12,442 bases of DNA, from contig JBDRNT010000145.1 in assembly GCA_043810925.1 (NCBI GenBank), forward strand, positions 1-12,442. Direction: 5' to 3'. Shown in pieces: positions 1 to 5,802 of the stretch. Below the pieces are notes generated by a model that searched no databases, was not told the DNA's origin, and was given only the letters and a program-made list of their open reading frames with translations. Position numbers and translations under genes: made by a program. Source of the DNA: Candidatus Eiseniibacteriota bacterium (GTDB lineage Bacteria; Arandabacterota; Arandabacteria; Arandabacterales; Arandabacteraceae). Every line of letters starts with the position of its first letter. The stretch's first letter is position 1.

Positions 1-140
1 AGATCACCCTGTAGTGCCGCGTAACATCGCAACGGTTACTAAATCGGAAGATAAGATTTGGGAGTCCCCCACTGCTGGTGGACGGTCTACATTCTCACGC
101 ACCCACGCCGGCGAAAATCGGGGGTTTTGGGATGGGAACT

Positions 141-165
141 AATTAAGTCTGGTGCCACCGAAATT
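141..165 (+). repeat. 25-bp boundary repeat, copy A (AATTAAGTCTGGTGCCACCGAAATT)
   Basis: Matches copy B at 19/25, copy C at 20/25 and copy D at 20/25 by manual alignment. It lies 1 bp from the stop codon (167-169) of the lipoprotein gene. Confidence 0.8.
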
Positions 166-166
166 T

Positions 167-694
167 CTACTCTGGAGGAAACTGCCCGAATAGCTCGGTT
201 ACGGCTTCGAGAATCCTTGCCTCCATATCCTTTGGATTGTAGACCGCGCCCACCGCCGTACCCCGCCAGATTAGCTGTTTCTCATCCGCATCGACCAGAT
301 CCAGTAGCAGGGTGCCTTCCTTGTACCTCTGGACGTCGACGTGCCTTCCGACCCACCGGCCTCGCGGACCGTAGCTGTAACCATGTGTTGTGACATCGAC
401 CTTGTTCTTAGACCCTATGTGATATGCGACGAGCAGGTCCGGCTTGCCGGTCATTACCCTCTCGTAACCCTTGGCAGCAAGCTCGGCCTCAACAGCATCG
501 CGCAGTCGCTTATCAAAGAGCGAGGCGTCGAAGGATCGCCGTGGTGGAGCTTTGGGTTTCTGCTTGATCCAGTCAAAGGTCTTATACTGCGTAAAATCAG
601 TGTCCTGATCATAGTCGGTAGTAACCGACATCGTTGCACAACCGTATGTGCCGCTTAGCAGGAACAGCACCAAAACCAATGCCAGGTATCTCAT
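167..694 (-). CDS. DUF4136-domain lipoprotein
   Basis: The ATG at 694 follows a GGAGG RBS. The signal peptide has a lipobox (MRYLALVLVLFLLSGTYG-C). Family-typical motifs are present: DYD..DF..YKTFDW, PDLLVAY, Y.EGTL.LDLVDA....LIWRG.A, FPP. Confidence 0.9.
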   Translation of the reverse strand: MRYLALVLVLFLLSGTYGCATMSVTTDYDQDTDFTQYKTFDWIKQKPKAPPRRSFDASLFDKRLRDAVEAELAAKGYERVMTGKPDLLVAYHIGSKNKVDVTTHGYSYGPRGRWVGRHVDVQRYKEGTLLLDLVDADEKQLIWRGTAVGAVYNPKDMEARILEAVTELFGQFPPE

Positions 695-886
695 CGGGCT
701 TCCCTCCCTGGTTCGACCATCCACAGCGTGATCCATCCACCATGCGGCATGCTCTCATTTGCTTAACCGGCAGGCAAGCCAAAACCCCAGTCTCGGTGTG
801 CTCAACCCTGAGAGTCGGAGTGTGTCGTGTAACGTTTAGTGCGCGAAGTTGTGGGGAGTTGGTAGCATCGGGTGTCGAGTTCACCC

Positions 887-911
887 AATTGATGTGACAC
901 CACACTTAATC
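887..911 (-). repeat. 25-bp boundary repeat, copy B (minus strand GATTAAGTGTGGTGTCACATCAATT)
   Basis: Reverse complement matches copy A at 19/25. It is inverted relative to A, so A and B bracket the lipoprotein gene. Confidence 0.8.
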
Positions 912-931
912 GCCGCAGTTTCGTGCAACTA

Positions 932-2084
932 GTGCCGTGTCTCAGAAAGTGGTAGCTTTTTTGTCACTGATGTTGTAATCATGGAGGAACCTCACTAAGG
1001 AGGGTTTCTTCATGTGCGTTGGAGTTCGAGAGTTGATCACGTCGGAGGGTAAGAAGTTGCAGCGGCTTCTTCGCGGTGGGACGGATCCGATCACTTACAA
1101 ACGAGCGTTGGTGGTTCTGACGTCTGCTCAGGGCAGTTCTATCCGCGAGATAGCATCTGGCCAGTTGTTGTCGCGTGAGTATGTACGTCGGATCATCCAT
1201 GAGTTCAACCTGAAGGGTATGGCCTCGCTTCGGCGGGGATACGAGCGTGGAGGCCGCAAGCGTCAGATTCCACCCGAGGTGCGTAGTGTGATAGCGGAGT
1301 ATGCCCTGATCCCGCCGAAGATTGTAGGTTGTCCGTTCACCCGCTGGTCTCTGCGGAAGTTGCGTGCGTTCCTGATCCGGCGGGGCGTGGTGAAGACAAT
1401 CGGCCTGGAGACCCTGCGACGTATCTTCTCAGAGTACGGAGTCTCGTTCCAGCGGATCAAGACGTGGAAGGAGTCTAAGGATCCAGACTTCGTGGTAAAA
1501 AAACGCCATCAGGGCTCTCCTTGCGGCTGTACCGAAAGGCAAGCGGGTGATCGCGGTGGATGAGTTTGGACCCTTGTCGGTGCAACCGCAACCTGGCCGT
1601 ACATGGGCCCGGGTCAAACATCCCCGTAGGCGGCGTGCAACCTATAGGAGACCTCATGGGGTGACCTTCTTCCTGGGTGCCTATGATGTGGGAGCAAACA
1701 AGTTAATGGGACGCAGTTTCGATCGCAGACGCCATCAGGAGTTCCTCCTCTTCCTCCAGTGACTCCGGGCCAAGTACCCTGATGGGAAGAAGATCTATCT
1801 GATCGCGGACAATCTCTCGACTCATCTTCATCCAAAAGTCAAGCAGTGGGCGCATCGAAATCATGTCCACTTCACCTTCACACCTACCAACGCCTCCTGG
1901 CTCAACCCTATAGAGGCACACTTCGGGGGTATCAGCGAATTCGTTATCAAAGGCTCCGACTATGAGGGAAGAACTCAACTACGAGGAGAGATCCAGAAAT
2001 ACCCTCCGATGGAGAAATGCAAACCCATCGGACAAGCGCATCAAAAGGGCACAGAAAAAACACCAACTTTACGAGACGGGGCAC
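932..2084 (+). mobile_element. IS630-family insertion sequence, 1153 bp, inactivated
   Basis: Flanked by TA at 930-931 and 2085-2086. Terminal IRs including the TA are TAGTGCCGTGTCTCAGAAAGT and (reverse complement) TAGTGCCCCGTCTCGTAAAGT, 17/21 identical. Encloses IS630-type transposase reading frames. Confidence 0.93.
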
Positions 2085-2087
2085 TAG
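1012..2087 (+). pseudogene. IS630-family transposase, disrupted
   Basis: AAGGAGG RBS at 997-1003. N-terminal HTH region contains TRWSLRKL and WKESKDPDF. DDE motifs are IAVDEFGPL, YLIADNLSTH and TPTNASWLNPIE. Lesions: frame change at the A7 run (1497-1503), in-frame TGA at 1760-1762, and an extra C at 2002-2004. The restored C-terminus LRWRN...YETGH ends at TAG 2085-2087. Confidence 0.9.
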
Positions 2088-2103
2088 TGAGGAACTCACC
2101 GGT

Positions 2104-2127
2104 AATTCAGTTGGGGGCACTGTAACC
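2104..2127 (+). repeat. Degenerate boundary repeat, copy F (AATTCAGT-TGGGGGCACTGTAACC)
   Basis: Aligns to the consensus with a 1-bp gap and shares the AATTCAGT head with copy E. It sits exactly 37 bp from copy B once the IS630 and one TA are removed. Confidence 0.55.
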
Positions 2128-2180
2128 CCAGATTTCAAAGCCTGATCCCATCGGTGTGACCCCATCGGGGATGCGATCGG

Positions 2181-2205
2181 AAATTAGTATGGTGTCACTG
2201 AAATT
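2181..2205 (+). repeat. 25-bp boundary repeat, copy C (AAATTAGTATGGTGTCACTGAAATT)
   Basis: Matches copy A at 20/25. Confidence 0.8.
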
Positions 2206-2256
2206 GTTCGGGTATGCTGTCGCGGTAGAACATACGCACAACACGGGGGTGAGGGC

Positions 2257-2403
2257 ATGAATGTGAATAAGAAGCGGGAAAGCAAGAGCATAATAGCAGC
2301 CCTGTGCATCTGCCTTCTCTTCACAGGTATGGTAGCAGGATCAAAGATCAACCGGGGCGAGGAAGAGTCTTCAGTGACATCAAGAGAGCTCGTAGTATGC
2401 TGA
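2257..2403 (+). pseudogene. Orphan 5' end of a secreted-protein gene (signal peptide only, 48-aa ORF)
   Basis: A GGTGAGG RBS precedes ATG 2257. Manual translation MNVNKKRESKSIIAALCICLLFTGMVAG shows a basic N-region and a hydrophobic H-region. The ORF then runs out of frame into transposase sequence and stops at TGA 2401-2403. Confidence 0.55.
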
Positions 2404-2579
2404 GCAGAGCTCTACCTGACATGTTTCACTACCTGGATGATCCCAGGATCCCGTCAAGCACCAATGGTCTTGAAGGCTACTTCGCACAGCTGAAAGGACA
2501 CTACCGCCAACATAGAGGCTTAACCAGACAGAAGTGGACCGACTACTTCAATTGGTACTTCCACTACAAACCCAGATGA
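2337..2579 (+). pseudogene. C-terminal transposase fragment, IS256/mutator-like (Zn-binding variant-like)
   Basis: The motif LPDMFHYLDDPRIPSSTNGLEGYFAQLKGHYRQHRGL resembles the TTN.LE catalytic-Glu region of IS256-type transposases. The N-terminus is missing and the left boundary is approximate. A possible right end lies near GTAATATGCC at about 2614. Confidence 0.75.
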
Positions 2580-2646
2580 GTATAGAAAAAAGCCACATCT
2601 GTGAGTAATATGCCCGCGATGACATCGTCTAACACAGGACGATCTG

Positions 2647-5610
2647 CTATCTGATAAGCACGGCCCTCTTTGTGTCACTGCCCAACGGGCTTCCGCAATT
2701 CAGGAAGTAGACCCCAGATGCCACGTCACGGCCCGAATCATCCTTGCCATTCCACGCCATATTGTGCGTGCCCGCACCGAATGATTCATCTGCCAGAATC
2801 GTAACCAGCCTGCCCCTTGTGTCATACACCCTGACCGCTGCATCCGAGGCCCGTGCGAGTGTGACTGCGAACCTGATTTCAGACACAGCCGGAACAGGAT
2901 AGGGAGCGGAGAGTGTCACAGCTTTCCCGGACACGAGATCCATCCACTCAGGACGGACACCGGACTCGCCGATTGTCGCCCTGAAGTAGAGGTCGGCGTT
3001 TCCGTGTCGCATGTCGGTCCAGGCAACATAGACCCCACCCGTGACATCCACACCTATTGCAGGTAGGTTCGAGGCCCCGGGAGCGTTCGAAATCCTCATC
3101 TGGTCCAGCCACCCCGACCCCTCGTTGGATACAAGGTAAATCTCCGTCTCGCCGTGGCGATGGTCTACCCAGGTAACATGAACATCGTCCGCGCCGCTTG
3201 TAGCCACTGACGGACTGCAGGCCTCCGTCCCACCGGTTACAATCTGCTCGACCGGCTGCCACGCCGAACCGTCGTACAAGACATAGAAGATATCCCCACC
3301 GGTATTCTCACCATCCTGCCAGACAACGTGAAGCGTGGAATCAGGAGCGGCCGCGATCACCGGATCCCTCGAGTAGGATGAATCGTTCGAAATCTCTGTT
3401 CGACCTGACCAGGTCACTCCGTCCCAGCTCTGGTGCACAACCTTCTCCATCTCATCATTCACATTCGATGTCTGGCGTTCATACACCAGGTGTACCAGAC
3501 CGTCTGCCCCGAGGGCTACCGACGGCCGGTACGAGTCGCGTTGCGTGGATGCATCGACATCCACGGGTGCGGACCATCCCAGGCCCGTACGCACCGCGAA
3601 ATAAACGCCTTGAGTCCGGAGCCCATAACCGAGCCGCCGCTGCCAGGCAAGATAGACCTCCGATTCACCGGCAGCTATGGCAGGACTGAGGTCCACCTCC
3701 GACAGGTTGGCAACCTGCTCGTCACTTCCCCAGCCACCGACCGGATCGAAGTACTTGTAGAAGACTTCCTGGTCGCCGTCACGATCGTCGATCCAGGCCA
3801 CGTGGAGTCCACCACCCGGATCCTCGGCAATACATGGGCTGTGCGAGTGACCGGCATCATCAGTCAGGCGTGTTTCTGTTCCCCATGTACCTCCACTGCG
3901 CCGGCGATAATAGATCTCGCTGTTGGCATCACGTGTGTCGGCCCACACTAGATGGAGGGTACCATCATCACTCGCGATCATCGCCCGGCCACCGGGGAAA
4001 CACATGACGGAACTTCCATCGTCGTTCGTCAGGCGTTCCTCAGGGTCCCATCCCGCAAGCAGCGGGCTTCCCACGTCAACGGCGGCGTACGAATGACCGC
4101 CGATACTGTCGCTGTAGGACGCGTAGGAGAAGGACGTCCCCTCGACGATGCCCTGGGCCTGAAATGCCATGCCCCACTGACCTGCAGGCCCAGCCGCCAC
4201 AACATCCCATGCCGCCGTGACGGTGTCACCCGACAACATCACCGGAAGTGACACCGTGGGCGTGCCGCTTGCAAGTGCCAGACCGGCTGAGAGGTTTATC
4301 GTGGCCGTGCACATGGAACAAGGGAAAGCCCCGGCAAACCGCGTAGGGCCGGGATACACCACATCGAGATCGACAGAGAAGGTGTCGCCCTGGGAGACTG
4401 ATGACGGCACGGTCGGTGTCAGGAGCCACGGGCTCACCACCATGCCCCAGTAGGTGTATATCCACAGGGTGTCGACGAAGAAGTCCTGGTCTATGAGTAG
4501 ATCGGGGCCGCAAAGGTACCCGGCATACCAAGGGTCATGGATGACGAATACGTTCAGACTGTCATCATAACCCTTGACCACGCGGTAGTGACCGCCTGTC
4601 TGGTATTCATCATACCAGGTAAGTGTGAAAACGGGATAGCCGGCATAAACTGTCTTCTTAAGCCGCACAGCCTGATTCGTGAAGAATGTCACGTCTACGC
4701 ACGCAAGACCCAACTTGCGCTCGTTGTAACCTTGAAGTGAAGGATTCTGAATCGCCGTACTCATCCCGCTGAAGTGCGCAGCACGGCGGTTGTCGGTATC
4801 CATGGTCCCGTAGCTCGGTGCTTCATTCGTGACATCGCCGATATCGTGCTGGCCTATTTCCTCACCCACGAAATCCATCATCATCTGATTTGAAGCCGGC
4901 CCGCAATACCAGTCCGTTATCTGGAAGTGGTAGGGTACACCGGGAAGGCAGTAGGCCGGTGGGTAATCATCCACAAGCGGGGAATCGTCACCGGAAGCGG
5001 AGAGGTTACCGGGAGTATCCGGCTGTGCGCGATTCGGATCAATCAGCGATGGAGCGGGCGTCAGCAGCCTCCGGTATGATTCGTCCCGGGATCTGATTAG
5101 CGGGGCATCACTCCGGGAAGCGTCTATCAACCACACATCATCACCGGTCTCGTAGCGCCAATAGACATGCTTGTCGGAGCCACCGATCAGGATGGGTTCT
5201 TCAAACTCGCCCGATTCCCCGATCGCATGACGTTCGGCCCGCAGTCTTTGTCCGGCATCCGCGGCCGAGACCAGGGGAAAACCATCACCCGTATAACTGA
5301 ACGAGTACCATCTCGGCGCCCCGGACCGGGCATCGACGGAAATCATGCCGATGATGTCTCCATGTGACGAGCGGATCGGCACGACTCCGTAGGAGGGCAC
5401 AAGTGTCTCGGGATGGTGAATGAAGAAGACCTCATCCAGAGAGGCACCCTCAAGTGCCGCCTTGGGAACAAGTTCATCGCTGCCGACCGAGATCGCCCGA
5501 TCGAGAGCATCATTCGCCGCACGGAGCGCGGCGGGTCTGTCAACCTCATATGAAAACGCAACTGAAAAAACTGCAAGAACCAACGCTACTGTCAGAGCCA
5601 GGTGTCTCAC
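2647..5610 (-). CDS. Secreted multidomain protein: C39-like cysteine peptidase, Ig-like domain, beta-propeller repeats and FlgD-Ig/C-terminal sorting-like domain
   Basis: GTG start with GGAGG RBS and a signal peptide. Catalytic motifs are QITDWYCGPAS (Gln, Cys), GGHYRVVKGYD (His) and IHDPW (Asp). About six (L/V)H(L/V)(V/A)W.D repeats follow. The C-terminus has PYPVP...VRVYDTRGRLV...WNGKDDSGRDVASGVYF. Confidence 0.88.
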   Translation of the reverse strand: MRHLALTVALVLAVFSVAFSYEVDRPAALRAANDALDRAISVGSDELVPKAALEGASLDEVFFIHHPETLVPSYGVVPIRSSHGDIIGMISVDARSGAPRWYSFSYTGDGFPLVSAADAGQRLRAERHAIGESGEFEEPILIGGSDKHVYWRYETGDDVWLIDASRSDAPLIRSRDESYRRLLTPAPSLIDPNRAQPDTPGNLSASGDDSPLVDDYPPAYCLPGVPYHFQITDWYCGPASNQMMMDFVGEEIGQHDIGDVTNEAPSYGTMDTDNRRAAHFSGMSTAIQNPSLQGYNERKLGLACVDVTFFTNQAVRLKKTVYAGYPVFTLTWYDEYQTGGHYRVVKGYDDSLNVFVIHDPWYAGYLCGPDLLIDQDFFVDTLWIYTYWGMVVSPWLLTPTVPSSVSQGDTFSVDLDVVYPGPTRFAGAFPCSMCTATINLSAGLALASGTPTVSLPVMLSGDTVTAAWDVVAAGPAGQWGMAFQAQGIVEGTSFSYASYSDSIGGHSYAAVDVGSPLLAGWDPEERLTNDDGSSVMCFPGGRAMIASDDGTLHLVWADTRDANSEIYYRRRSGGTWGTETRLTDDAGHSHSPCIAEDPGGGLHVAWIDDRDGDQEVFYKYFDPVGGWGSDEQVANLSEVDLSPAIAAGESEVYLAWQRRLGYGLRTQGVYFAVRTGLGWSAPVDVDASTQRDSYRPSVALGADGLVHLVYERQTSNVNDEMEKVVHQSWDGVTWSGRTEISNDSSYSRDPVIAAAPDSTLHVVWQDGENTGGDIFYVLYDGSAWQPVEQIVTGGTEACSPSVATSGADDVHVTWVDHRHGETEIYLVSNEGSGWLDQMRISNAPGASNLPAIGVDVTGGVYVAWTDMRHGNADLYFRATIGESGVRPEWMDLVSGKAVTLSAPYPVPAVSEIRFAVTLARASDAAVRVYDTRGRLVTILADESFGAGTHNMAWNGKDDSGRDVASGVYFLNCGSPLGSDTKRAVLIR

Positions 5611-5653
5611 GTTCCGTGCCTCCCGTTACTGCAGCACACACTGCAGGAATTGT

Positions 5654-5683
5654 AGTATACCACACCCGCCGCTGTGGTGTCAA
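5654..5683 (-). promoter_or_regulatory. Sigma70-type promoter of the peptidase gene
   Basis: Minus strand TTGACA (5683-5678), 18 bp, TATACT (5659-5654), with an extended -10 TG. It lies 43 bp upstream of the start codon. Confidence 0.7.
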
Positions 5684-5715
5684 AGCCTCCCGCAGCCAAT
5701 GTCTGACCGCGGGAT

Positions 5716-5740
5716 AATGTCGCCTACACCATACTGAATT
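5716..5740 (-). repeat. 25-bp boundary repeat, copy E (minus strand AATTCAGTATGGTGTAGGCGACATT)
   Basis: Matches the consensus at 20/25. Inverted partner of copy D across a 37-bp spacer. Confidence 0.75.
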
Positions 5741-5777
5741 ACTGAGAAACGGACCAGAAGTTGGACCAGAACGCAGG

Positions 5778-5802
5778 AATTAAGCATGGTGCAACCGAAC
5801 CT
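5778..5802 (+). repeat. 25-bp boundary repeat, copy D (AATTAAGCATGGTGCAACCGAACCT)
   Basis: Matches copy A at 20/25. It overlaps the ABC-F stop codon (5801-5803). Confidence 0.8.

Noticed and set aside
855-865. Exact 11-mer GGAGTTGGTAG repeated at 12378-12388
   Set aside because: Several 11-bp matches are expected by chance in 12 kb, and the similarity does not extend convincingly.
1760-1762. TGA recoding (Trp, Gly or Sec) in the transposase
   Set aside because: TGA is the normal stop of other genes here (7883-7885, 8609-8611, 12234-12236). A nonsense mutation, probably TGG to TGA, fits the other lesions.
2287-2614. MITE-like element with ends AGCATAATA / GGCATATTA
   Set aside because: The match is short, there is no target duplication, and the left sequence is better explained as signal-peptide coding sequence.
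141-5802. CRISPR array (25-bp repeats with 37-bp spacers)
   Set aside because: The repeats flanking the spacers are inverted, divergent and dispersed rather than tandem direct repeats, and no cas genes are present.
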